DNA of 64,000 nt from a virus. Lineage: Duplodnaviria > Caudoviricetes. The DNA lies in the IMG/VR virus record IMGVR_UViG_3300032007_000015, one strand, 5' to 3'. Positions within the stretch are counted from its first letter, which is position 1; each line of letters starts with the position of its first letter. Shown here piece after piece: positions 51,799 to 61,971 of the stretch. The position numbers were made by a program, and so were the translations under genes. The notes beneath the pieces were generated by a model. The model did no database searches and was not told where the DNA came from. It saw only the letters and a program-made list of their open reading frames with translations.

Positions 51799-51908
51799 CT
51801 TTTTTATTAATTTAATTTATTGTTTTTGGTACTTAACATTAGTCATTATTTATATATTATTTATCTGTAATCAAAGATAAAATATTAAGAAAGGACGGTA
51901 ACAATAAG

Positions 51909-52916
51909 ATGAAAAAAATGATTAAACAAAGATTAGATGAATTAAGGTATGAGGTTAATTCATTGGATAATTTGTATAATACTAATTTTAGAAATCCATT
52001 CCCAATAGTAGATCCTAAATTAGCATTTAAAATTACAGTATCAAATTACGAAATATATCTAATTGATTTATTATGTTCGATAAATAATATAGACCCAGCA
52101 AATTATATATTTGTAACCGAACATGGTACATTATGTGCTAATGAATTTAAATTAGATAAAAAATTTAAAGAATTGAGTTGTCTTGGAATGGATGACAAAT
52201 TCAAAGATTCAACAGATAGTTTAGCATTTCATGGAAGATTTATTTCATATATAATTTATCATTATTTATCTGAAATTCGTGAAATGATAAAAGATATCTA
52301 TGATGAAATGGGAGGAAAGAAAGTAACAAAATATGATAATTATCTGATTATATTAAATCAGATAATTAAAAATTTAAATATGTTAGTGATAACCTATTTA
52401 AGTAGTGATGCTTCTTATACTGAATATATGAAAGCATTAATAGATATTCGGCTTGTTAGAGATTGTAACCCAAAGAAAAAGAAATTCGCAGAATGGTATA
52501 ATAATGAAGCTGAATATATTAGAACATCTTGTAAATCTAATATTTTTGGAAAACGTGCAGAAGATGATTCAACATTAATAAATGACATAACAAAAATGGC
52601 ATATATGTTATCAACTGAAAATACAAAATTTAAACATTGTGGAACAGTTGATTCAGAAATCAGATTCTCTAATAAAAAAGAAATAAAAGAAATTTTAGGT
52701 AGATTAGGTTATGCTATATTATTAAACCGAAGTAAAAATAATATAAATCCAATATATAAAGCATATCTAAAATCAAAACCTGAAATAAATACAAATATTA
52801 GAGAGGTAAATAAATATATTGAATTATCAGCTGCACTTGAAGCATTAGAATATGAGAAGATAATAATAGATGATCCAAATGTATCATCTGTTATAGATTC
52901 TCTAATATTGGGATAA
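51909..52916 (+). CDS. Hypothetical protein
   Basis: ORF with SD and upstream TATATTAT motif. Confidence 0.75.
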   Translation: MKKMIKQRLDELRYEVNSLDNLYNTNFRNPFPIVDPKLAFKITVSNYEIYLIDLLCSINNIDPANYIFVTEHGTLCANEFKLDKKFKELSCLGMDDKFKDSTDSLAFHGRFISYIIYHYLSEIREMIKDIYDEMGGKKVTKYDNYLIILNQIIKNLNMLVITYLSSDASYTEYMKALIDIRLVRDCNPKKKKFAEWYNNEAEYIRTSCKSNIFGKRAEDDSTLINDITKMAYMLSTENTKFKHCGTVDSEIRFSNKKEIKEILGRLGYAILLNRSKNNINPIYKAYLKSKPEINTNIREVNKYIELSAALEALEYEKIIIDDPNVSSVIDSLILG

Positions 52917-52953
52917 AAATAACCAGTAACTTAAATAGTTACTGGTTATTTTT

Positions 52954-54273
52954 TTAACTGTTTTCTTGTCTACTTCTTTCAACAAGTTCATTTATAATTT
53001 TATTTTTTATCTTTTCATCAACATCATCAGTTGATTCTTCTTTTTCATCAGTATTTTCAGATGTTTCTACTGAAGTCTCATCTATTGTTTCAGTCTCATT
53101 AACTTCAGCGTATTCAGATTCGACAATGGATTCATCGGTTTCTACTACTTCATCATCTAATTTAAGATCTTGTTCTTCCTTATCTTTATTCAGTTTTTCA
53201 TATATCTCTCTTAATTCATCATTAGATTTATCATCAATATCTATTTTTTCAATATTTAAATCATCTGATAATTTATTGATATTAAATACCAACATGTCAT
53301 GAATTTCCTTATTATGTTCTTTATCCTTTTCAATCCTTCTAGGATGTTTAGGATGAGTAAAATTATTATCTTCAAAATATTTATAATCATCTTTGAAATA
53401 ATCCAAGAAATTATATATAACATTTTTAAAGTTATTTTCATCGTCATCAGATGGAAATTTATGATATATTAAGTTAGCCATATTATTAAATAAAGACTGA
53501 GCATACATTCTTTCTTCTTTATTATATACATCTATGTATGCAATATATCTCATATTAAAGAATAAAAATAAGTTATTATACACGTGATAATCTTCTTCTA
53601 AAAATTTTTCTTCTAAGTTAAAGAAATATTTATATACTTCTGGATTAAAACCAACTTTCTTAGCATTAACTTTGTATCTATTGATAATATAACTGCTTCT
53701 CTTATCATTAAAGAATGCATTAATAATATTATCTTTTTCATCTTTACCTAATTTTTCTAATCGTGTAAATAAAAAAGATAATGTCATTGTAGATTCCATT
53801 GCTCTAACCAATTTCATTACTTTTTCTTTTTCAACTTCATTGGTTTCTGCTTCAGCTTTGTTCTTTAAATCAATAATACGTTGTTTCTTTTTTTCCTGAT
53901 ATTCTGGTGATGTTAAATAATTAACATAATCATTTATTACCTTATCTGCATCGGTTCTAAGTGTATTACTTTCCTCTTTAATTGCAATAAGTTCATAAAT
54001 ACTACGAATGATTGACTTAAACACGCTTTCATTATATTCATCATTACCAGTATAAAATTTATCAGAAATCTTTTTAAGCAATTCATCATCATTCATTAAT
54101 TCATCCTTCTTATCTGGATATTTTAATGAGATGAATGTTATTATTTTTTCATCATACTCTTCTGATATAAGCTGATCTCTAATCATATCAGAATAATATT
54201 CTGTCTGTTCTTCCAGATCAGATATCATATCTAGCATGACTCTATAATCAGTATTTTTTGATTTTTCTTCCAT
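52954..54273 (-). CDS. Hypothetical protein with acidic tail
   Basis: 439-aa ORF with SD. Confidence 0.75.
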   Translation of the reverse strand: MEEKSKNTDYRVMLDMISDLEEQTEYYSDMIRDQLISEEYDEKIITFISLKYPDKKDELMNDDELLKKISDKFYTGNDEYNESVFKSIIRSIYELIAIKEESNTLRTDADKVINDYVNYLTSPEYQEKKKQRIIDLKNKAEAETNEVEKEKVMKLVRAMESTMTLSFLFTRLEKLGKDEKDNIINAFFNDKRSSYIINRYKVNAKKVGFNPEVYKYFFNLEEKFLEEDYHVYNNLFLFFNMRYIAYIDVYNKEERMYAQSLFNNMANLIYHKFPSDDDENNFKNVIYNFLDYFKDDYKYFEDNNFTHPKHPRRIEKDKEHNKEIHDMLVFNINKLSDDLNIEKIDIDDKSNDELREIYEKLNKDKEEQDLKLDDEVVETDESIVESEYAEVNETETIDETSVETSENTDEKEESTDDVDEKIKNKIINELVERSRQENS

Positions 54274-54332
54274 TCTTTTTTCTTCCTTTCTTTTTTAGTT
54301 ATCATAACGTCAAATAAAAAATAATTTGTTAT

Positions 54333-57300
54333 TTAAAATCCATTAATTTCATTAAAAAAGCTATAATCAGATGACGAATCATCATAATCATCTAACATAT
54401 AATCTGGTGTATTTTCAATCAATGTATTATGTGTTAAGCCAGCTTTAACTAATCTCATACTTTCATTTTGAGATTTAATAATGGCTTCTCGCATCATTTG
54501 TTGAAAATCATCTGGTTGATTTTGTTCTTTTTCTAATTGTGTTCTTATAATACGTTTTGTATCTTCATCAAGACTACTAGTACTAATATCTTCTGGTCTA
54601 GTAAGTCCTTTATTTTGTTCTTTTATTTCTTCAGAACCTTTAACAAACCCAAACATTTGCAAATTATTACCATGATAATATACATACATAGCAATTAAAT
54701 AGCTCATAATACTATCATCATGGAAACCAGGTGCAGCTTCGATTCTACCAGAACTTGTTTTTATCAATCTACATATATCACGGATTATATTTTTAGTAAC
54801 AAAGTTATTTTTAAATTCAGCAACGTGTCTAGAAAGAATTGCAAACATATCTTCTCTACTAGCACCATTTGTATATACACCATAAAATGTTTTTTCTTTT
54901 GCTTTTTGTTTCAGAACACTTTCGATTGTTTCATGTTCTGCCATTGTTTTACCTACTAAATCTTTATCCTTATCAAAATAAAGATTATTACGTATAGGCG
55001 AATTTAATAAATGGTCAATAATACCATCACCAACACTATTTCGCTCAATAATAATAATAGCTCTTGGTATTACTTTTTTAACTAATTCAATTATAAGTTT
55101 TTCATATAGAGTTTCACCAATATATGAACATTCAAATTCAGCTACTGGTTTTACTGTATATGGATTTATTATTGTAATTGCATTATTATCACCAACAGTA
55201 CCCGTAGAACAGTCAATACCTACAAGATATGGTGTAGTTCTTTCTAATTCTTCATATACATCAAATTTATAAAAATCTAATAATGTAAACGATAATTCAT
55301 CTTTTGGTACTTCTTGTGTTGAAATAATATATTCAATATCCTCTCTAGAATATGGTGATAAAGATGAGCCGTGCAATCTCTGAAGAAGAATCTCTCTTCG
55401 AGTTGTTAAGTCATCATTAATTTTATCAGCCATCATATTAAACCATTCTTTGGTTTTACCTATCTGATAATACTGGTATTCAATATAAATAATACCATTA
55501 TATCCTCGAGCAGTTGCATATGCCCGTGCTTCTTCTTGCGATTTATCGTATAATTTTTCATCCCATTTTTTAGTTGCGTCTAATAAAATCTGTGCATCTT
55601 TACCAGGTTCTGTATCCAGATCACCCATTTAAAAATATTTATATAAATTCGTTAAATTTATATCCGATTGTTCGGCTTTATGTCTCCATAAAGATTAGAC
55701 TATATCTTCATCCATAAATTCTATCACCAAATTTATGGAGCTTCTCATTTCGAAATCACTTGATTTCTACTCTACTTGGTTATTCATTATAATATTTCTA
55801 TTATAATTATCCTTTCGATAGTCGTTGAATAATACATCACATTTTTTTAGCATGAATTGTATTTCCTAATACACTTGTCCATTCTAAATTATCAATTAAA
55901 TTACAGCACGGAATACCATTTTTATGATTAACAACATTATGATATTCATCTGGAGGTGGACCTAAAAATTCCCAAGCCATTAATCTATGAATTAAATAAT
56001 GTTTTGACTTGTTTCCTCTTTTAGTTTGACTTTTGATATTTGTAACTAATGTTATTTTTTCATAATCATCTTTATCATAATACGTCGTCATAAATTTATG
56101 TAATTTAATATTATATACACGTCCATATGTCGAAATCATATATTTATCTTTTTTTATTCCGGGATATGTAATAACTTTAAATGTTTCCTTATATTCTGGT
56201 TTTAAATATTTATAAGTTAATTTTTTAATATACATATTATCACCTACTTTTATTATAGATGTTTGATCAGTTGTGATATATTACTGCGGATTGTCTCTAT
56301 TCTTAACCTTTTTACTATACCTTTGGAGTTACCCATTGCCACTAATTTATCACTAAATTAGTTTAGTAGTTAAGACCTAACGAGCATAAATAATGACTAT
56401 TCATTATTTATGTCTAAATAAATTAATAAATTTATTTAGAAGTTCCCCGCAATTAAAGAAGTTTTTTCATATATTATTGCTAATATAGCCCCCAGTAATC
56501 TTCTTTTAGGGGTACAGGTAAATATTCTTCCATACATTGCACCATTTTTCTTAGCATTATCAGCAGCTGTCTGAAATGTAGACACTGAGTTTTCCACAAT
56601 GATTTTTATTTTATTTGTGAACTCTGGCTCATCAAAATGTAGTATTGGAGCAGTTAAACCTCTTGCTAATGATAAAGCACTATCTTTAGATGTTGCCTTA
56701 GATTTAATAATTATACTATTATGTGTAACAGGATGTTGCATACGTGTAGCATTGGCAACAGCTTTAACAATTTTTCCATTATCATCAAGAGCTGATTCAA
56801 ATCTTAAATATTGAGGTAAAAGATCTATTTGTGCTTTTATACGACGCAAATTTTCTTTCGCATTATCACCATCTTTATTAATGAAAATAAATTGAGAATT
56901 CGTTGTACCAAATGAATATACCCAAGCAAGCATTGCTAATGCCGATATTGTTTTACCTTGCTGACGAGGTAAACATAACCACGAGTCAATACCATTATTA
57001 AAGCACCACGCTTGTGCTATATTACCTCTATTTGCTTTATATTGAACTCCTCCACCGGATGCACCTGATTCGGGAATTCTACATACTTCACGTAAATAAA
57101 ACCACATATTTCTTGATATTTCAGTCATCAATCTAGAAATTTGATCCCTCGACAAAGTTGAATTTCCATTTTCATCACATTGATAAGGATCTATACCAAT
57201 AACATATGGATCTCTAATTTCCAACATAAAATACCAATTTTTTATTCCTCTTTCTTTTAAATCTCTTGCTACTTGAAGAAATGATTTATTAGGAGTTTGA

Positions 57301-57344
57301 GTATCATAAAATTTACCATTAATTTTTATAATACGTTGTTTCAT
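54333..57344 (-). CDS. terL: Terminase large subunit; exons 57344-56508 and 55625-54333 (about 709 aa)
   Basis: PRQQGKT, ARGLT, FDEPEF, motif III FTCTP|GDLDT restored by splicing; nuclease GIDCSTG, IERNSVG, HDDSIMS. Confidence 0.93.
55626..56507 (-). mobile_element. Group I intron with HNH homing endonuclease in terminase, 882 nt
   Basis: P1 CCCCU/GGGGG; AAUUGCGGGGAA, AAUCCGCAG, UUCAACGACUA, AAGAUAUAGUC; terminal G. Confidence 0.93.
55837..56235 (-). CDS. Intron-encoded NUMOD4/HNH endonuclease
   Basis: YMISTYGRV, HRLMA..F, VNHKNG..N...NLEW...N..HA. Confidence 0.9.
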   Translation of the reverse strand: MYIKKLTYKYLKPEYKETFKVITYPGIKKDKYMISTYGRVYNIKLHKFMTTYYDKDDYEKITLVTNIKSQTKRGNKSKHYLIHRLMAWEFLGPPPDEYHNVVNHKNGIPCCNLIDNLEWTSVLGNTIHAKKM

Positions 57345-57560
57345 TTTTTAAATCACCTCTTTTTAATATTAATAAATGATTTAAAAATATGTAATACGGC
57401 ATTTTTTTTCATCAGTATACTAACTTATTATTAAAGATTTAAATAAAGCTATTTACTTCTTACTCAATTACATGGTGCGAAATTTGTTAAATATAAAAAA
57501 CACTGACTTTATAAAGTAAGTCAGTGTTTTTTATCTATCAATATGAAAGGAAGTACCTAA

Positions 57561-58616
57561 ATGAATAATGAAATAAAAGAAAGATTTTTAGATGCATTGT
57601 ATGCTAATATAAATTTTAATAAGATAAAAAGAGTTCATTCAAATGAATTTAGAATGAGATGTCATTTTTGTGGAGATTCACAAAAAAATTTAGAAGAAAG
57701 ACATTTGTATATATTATGTGATTTAACAAATGATTTACCATTAAAGTATAATTGTTTTAAATGTGGCGAATCTGGATATGTTAATAAAGATTTTTTAGAA
57801 AGAGCAGATATAACTGATAAAAATTTAATATCTGAAATTTATGCATTAAATAAAAAATCCGAAAGATATGATAAAAAAAATATTAATGCAAATGATGAAA
57901 TATACACGTTTAATTTCTGTGTTCCAGAGGTTGTTGTTGGAAAAAAGACAGAATATATAAATAATAGATTTAATATAAATTTTGATATAGATGATTATAA
58001 AGAAATGAAAGTTATAACATCTTTATTTAATTTTTTAAAGATAAATAATATTAAAACTTCTTCATTTCGAAAAGATATATTAAATAAACTTGAAGACCAT
58101 TATGTCGGATTTTTAACAAACGGTTCTTCACATATATTATTCAGAGATATTACTAATACTGAAAATTATAGTTGGATTAAATATCCAATAGTTCCAGAAT
58201 CAGTAAATAATAAAATATTCTATTCAATGGATAATTCAATTGATATATTATCAAAAGAAAAAATAGATATCAATTTAAGTGAAGGGGTATTTGATGCTAT
58301 TGGTATTGCATACCAACTGATTAATAATAAAGATAATTCTATAAATATTGCAGTATCAGGAAAATATTATAATAGAATATTAAATTACTTGATTGGTCTA
58401 GGATTATTTGGTTCAAATATAAATGTAAATATATATAGTGATAACGATAATACATTTAATAAAAAGAAATCAAATGATACAAGTGTTGAACATTATAAAC
58501 AAATGATCAATAAATTTAAACCATTATATGGAACCATAAATTTATATTATAATTTAAAAAATAAAGATTATGGAATACCAAAAAATGAAATTATTACAAA
58601 AAAAATAATATTATAA
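57561..58616 (+). CDS. DNA primase
   Basis: Zn finger RCHFCGDS..NCFKC; TOPRIM EGVFD and DND. Confidence 0.88.
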   Translation: MNNEIKERFLDALYANINFNKIKRVHSNEFRMRCHFCGDSQKNLEERHLYILCDLTNDLPLKYNCFKCGESGYVNKDFLERADITDKNLISEIYALNKKSERYDKKNINANDEIYTFNFCVPEVVVGKKTEYINNRFNINFDIDDYKEMKVITSLFNFLKINNIKTSSFRKDILNKLEDHYVGFLTNGSSHILFRDITNTENYSWIKYPIVPESVNNKIFYSMDNSIDILSKEKIDINLSEGVFDAIGIAYQLINNKDNSINIAVSGKYYNRILNYLIGLGLFGSNINVNIYSDNDNTFNKKKSNDTSVEHYKQMINKFKPLYGTINLYYNLKNKDYGIPKNEIITKKIIL

Positions 58617-58665
58617 AATAGAGAGTAAAGTCAATTCGACTTTACTCTCTATTCTTTTTTAAAAT

Positions 58666-59595
58666 CTAAAATTTAGAATATTCTAACGGAAATTTTGAAT
58701 CTGCTGGAGACTTATGATCTTTAAATGATATAGGCATATCACTATAAAGAGATGTTGACTCATATTTCTTTTTTGTAATATATGGAAATATACATTTCTT
58801 ATAAAATACAATATCACTATATGTTATCCCAACATTATTCATCTCTTTATAATAAGGATTAATTGTGGAATTATCATAATCATGTTTCGATTTTATTAAT
58901 TCTGCAAGATAATACAATAAAGATAAACTGTCAAAGTATTTAACCATAAAGTCTACCAACATATCTTTTGCTTCATCTTTTGTTTTAAATTTATACAATC
59001 GCTTAGTATGATTTATCATTTTATCATTTATTTTTTTATCAATAACGATACTTGTTTTGAGAGCCTTGGACTCTTCTGCAAGTTTCTTTTCATACTCTTT
59101 TCGATAATTATTAATTTTCATCTCTATTATTTTATTCTGAGCACTACATATTCTTTTACGTTTAATCTCAGCTTCTTCTCTTTTCTTATGTATTTCATTT
59201 AATTTTTTATCTGATTCTTTCTGACGAATCAGTAACTCTTTTTTATATTCATCTTTATCTTTCTTATCTTGTAAAGTAATATAAAGCATATTTACAGCAT
59301 AATCAATTTCTTTTGTAAACCAATCAGGATCAATTTCTGAAAGTGATAATTCAGATTGTGATTCTTCATTTTCAACTCCGTCTATCATTGAATATATGCA
59401 TTCTTTAATCACTTTATTAGAAAGACTAAGATGTAATCCTCTACAAATTAATCTATGAATAATTTTTCTATATTCATTTTCATAATATTCTGTATATTCT
59501 TCAAATCCCTCTTTAACATTTATATGTTCTTTAATAATTTCTTCTATTCTCATTGTTTTTCTCCTTTTTTCTTCTATTTTTGTTTTAAACTCCAT
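58666..59595 (-). CDS. Hypothetical coiled-coil protein
   Basis: ORF in operon; likely start MRIEE. Confidence 0.7.
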   Translation of the reverse strand: MEFKTKIEEKRRKTMRIEEIIKEHINVKEGFEEYTEYYENEYRKIIHRLICRGLHLSLSNKVIKECIYSMIDGVENEESQSELSLSEIDPDWFTKEIDYAVNMLYITLQDKKDKDEYKKELLIRQKESDKKLNEIHKKREEAEIKRKRICSAQNKIIEMKINNYRKEYEKKLAEESKALKTSIVIDKKINDKMINHTKRLYKFKTKDEAKDMLVDFMVKYFDSLSLLYYLAELIKSKHDYDNSTINPYYKEMNNVGITYSDIVFYKKCIFPYITKKKYESTSLYSDMPISFKDHKSPADSKFPLEYSKF

Positions 59596-60125
59596 CCATA
59601 TTTAGATATAAACATATTTAGTTCATCTATATCATATATTCCATAATTAAGATATTCATTATTTATACCTTCATACATTGGTGATAAAGGTTCTATTATA
59701 TATTTATAAAATTCCAAATATCCTATTGCATATAAATATTCAATATATTTATCTTGTAATACTTCTGGATTTATTAGATGTTTTTTGATTTCATCTAATA
59801 ATATTTGATCTCCAGCAAGAGCAATTTCTTCTTCTTCTCTTGCAGTACATACAATGTTAACAAAATTTGATTTGTGTTTAAATCCAGCATTTACTAACAT
59901 GTATCCTTTAAATCTATCTACAACATTTAATGATAGTTTTTTATCTTCAGTTGTAACTCTTATATGAAATTTAGACATATCACGTTGTTTTTTAAATTTG
60001 TCTATAATATCTTTATTATTTGTAACTCCATATAAGAGTGGTTCTTTTAAGTTATTATCATCCTCATCTCGAATAACATATACTCGATATAATTTTGATA
60101 ATTCTTTAGTCAATTTCGTTTTCAC
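59574..60125 (-). CDS. Hypothetical protein (apparent paralog of 40223-40693)
   Basis: ORF in operon. Confidence 0.7.
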   Translation of the reverse strand: MKTKLTKELSKLYRVYVIRDEDDNNLKEPLLYGVTNNKDIIDKFKKQRDMSKFHIRVTTEDKKLSLNVVDRFKGYMLVNAGFKHKSNFVNIVCTAREEEEIALAGDQILLDEIKKHLINPEVLQDKYIEYLYAIGYLEFYKYIIEPLSPMYEGINNEYLNYGIYDIDELNMFISKYGWSLKQK

Positions 60126-60131
60126 TCCTTT

Positions 60132-60407
60132 CTATTCAATATATAAATCGTTTGTATGATTAACTTCAAAATAATCATCATCTTCGTCTTCTTCATCATC
60201 CCCAGAAGAAAATAACTCTGGATACCTTGCTTCTATTTCAGCAACACGTATCTCATAACAGTCATTCCTATTAGGTGAAGGATAACCATCATATTCTTCA
60301 TTAAGATCTTCAATTTCACTTAAAAATTGATCATATAATTCCTCTAAATTATTCTCTCTTGCCCATTTTCTCATAGGACTTATATCTTGGTTTTCTTCTT
60401 TACTCAT
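60132..60407 (-). CDS. Small acidic protein behind leader B5 (start MSKEE)
   Basis: AAAGGAG SD after the pseudoknot. Confidence 0.75.
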   Translation of the reverse strand: MSKEENQDISPMRKWARENNLEELYDQFLSEIEDLNEEYDGYPSPNRNDCYEIRVAEIEARYPELFSSGDDEEDEDDDYFEVNHTNDLYIE

Positions 60408-60425
60408 AATAAAACTCCTTTCTAA

Positions 60426-60453
60426 TGCTCGGTTTAAAGTCATGAGCTGGACT
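60426..60453 (-). promoter_or_regulatory. Pseudoknot leader type B, copy B5
   Basis: AGTC-CA-GCTCA-T-GACT-TTAAACC-GAGC between the DHH stop codon and the next SD. Confidence 0.8.
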
Positions 60454-60459
60454 AATTTA

Positions 60460-61671
60460 TTATTTTGCAATCATTGGTGTTATATCAACCAAGAGACTAT
60501 CGTCTATATCAACATAGGTTTTTCCAGCTTCTATATCAATTGTCTTTTCACTTTCATTAACCACTGTATTCATAGATTTTTCGATATAATATGTCTCAAT
60601 TAATGATAACATCGTATGGGTGCTTAACTTACATCCAGCAGCTTTTAGATGTCCACCTCCGTTTCCATCAAAACTTAAATACTTAGCAACTCTACCTAAA
60701 TTTATATCATCTTTATTTGTTCTTAATGAACATTGACATGAATTAGGTATTAATGTAATTACGATATCAACGCCTCCAAATATATCATCTGCGGTTCTTT
60801 CAATATAATCTGATACCATTGATATATAGTCTTCTGATATTAGTAATGCACATCTATATTCACCAAGTCTACATAATACAGTTCTCTTTAAAGCTCGAGA
60901 ACAAGCACAATCTAGTGCATTCTTATAATTATTAATCGTATTTTGATGTTGTTGATAGATGTATGATATAGGTTTTACACCTAATTTTCCATAATCATAC
61001 CAATCATAATCATACCAATGTTCTGTTAATGAAATGATTTCGTCAACAAATTCATTTTTATCTGCATAATCAAGGAAAATTGCATTTAACAGTATTTCAC
61101 TGCCATCTTTGTAATCATCCCTCCAAGCCCAAGTATCATATCTACTTATTGTGGTTATTACATTTTCTAATAGATAAAAATACCTTTTAGGCTTAAGATC
61201 CGAATTATCCTTCTCAACAATAGAACTTATTGATACATATAATAATTCCGTCGCACTTCTCCATGTATTAGGAATAATATGTGCCCATTTATAATCTTTG
61301 AGCTTTTCATAACTTGTATCATGATGATCAATTAAGAACAAGTTTGAATTTTCACATACATTTACATATGTATCAATCATTTTGTTGATATCTTTTGATG
61401 GTGATGACACGTCTGTGATGAAAACGTATTTAGGGCATTTCTGCTCTGTTACTATTTTCGTAAATACATTTACAATTACATCTGTTACATGTTGATAATC
61501 AACATTGTATATTGTTCGTATATTATCACCTGTGTCAACAGATTTCAACACAATATTGCATCCATATCCATCCAAATCTGTATGAGATATTAATACTATC
61601 TCATCTTTTAATTCATACGTCTTTCCTTCTTCTTTTAATTTTTCAATAATTTCTTTTACTTTCATAGTCAT
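60460..61671 (-). CDS. DHH/DHHA1 phosphoesterase
   Basis: SHTDLDG, ITD, IDHH, SLRT, GGGHLKAAG. Confidence 0.92.
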   Translation of the reverse strand: MTMKVKEIIEKLKEEGKTYELKDEIVLISHTDLDGYGCNIVLKSVDTGDNIRTIYNVDYQHVTDVIVNVFTKIVTEQKCPKYVFITDVSSPSKDINKMIDTYVNVCENSNLFLIDHHDTSYEKLKDYKWAHIIPNTWRSATELLYVSISSIVEKDNSDLKPKRYFYLLENVITTISRYDTWAWRDDYKDGSEILLNAIFLDYADKNEFVDEIISLTEHWYDYDWYDYGKLGVKPISYIYQQHQNTINNYKNALDCACSRALKRTVLCRLGEYRCALLISEDYISMVSDYIERTADDIFGGVDIVITLIPNSCQCSLRTNKDDINLGRVAKYLSFDGNGGGHLKAAGCKLSTHTMLSLIETYYIEKSMNTVVNESEKTIDIEAGKTYVDIDDSLLVDITPMIAK

Positions 61672-61692
61672 TTCTCCTTTATATTTTCTATT

Positions 61693-61935
61693 TTATAATC
61701 TTTTTTTATAATCTTTGCATAGTTCACAAACTGATTTTGAAACTAGTACGTTCTCTTTCTCAGGACGTGAACATCCAGGAAATGAGTTATTTCTAATGAT
61801 AACATCATTTCTATATAAGCATGTATTGATATTACTTTCTATTATTTCTTCTAAATTACATGCTAAATTTTCAGGATTTTCAATTTTTGTAAATCCTACA
61901 TTTTCTAATGAATCGATATTAATTGTTTTCATCAT
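61693..61935 (-). CDS. Small Cys-containing hypothetical protein
   Basis: ORF with SD; C..C..CELC. Confidence 0.6.
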   Translation of the reverse strand: MMKTINIDSLENVGFTKIENPENLACNLEEIIESNINTCLYRNDVIIRNNSFPGCSRPEKENVLVSKSVCELCKDYKKRL

Positions 61936-61971
61936 TCTTCTCCTTTCTATAAAAATGATATATAATCATTA

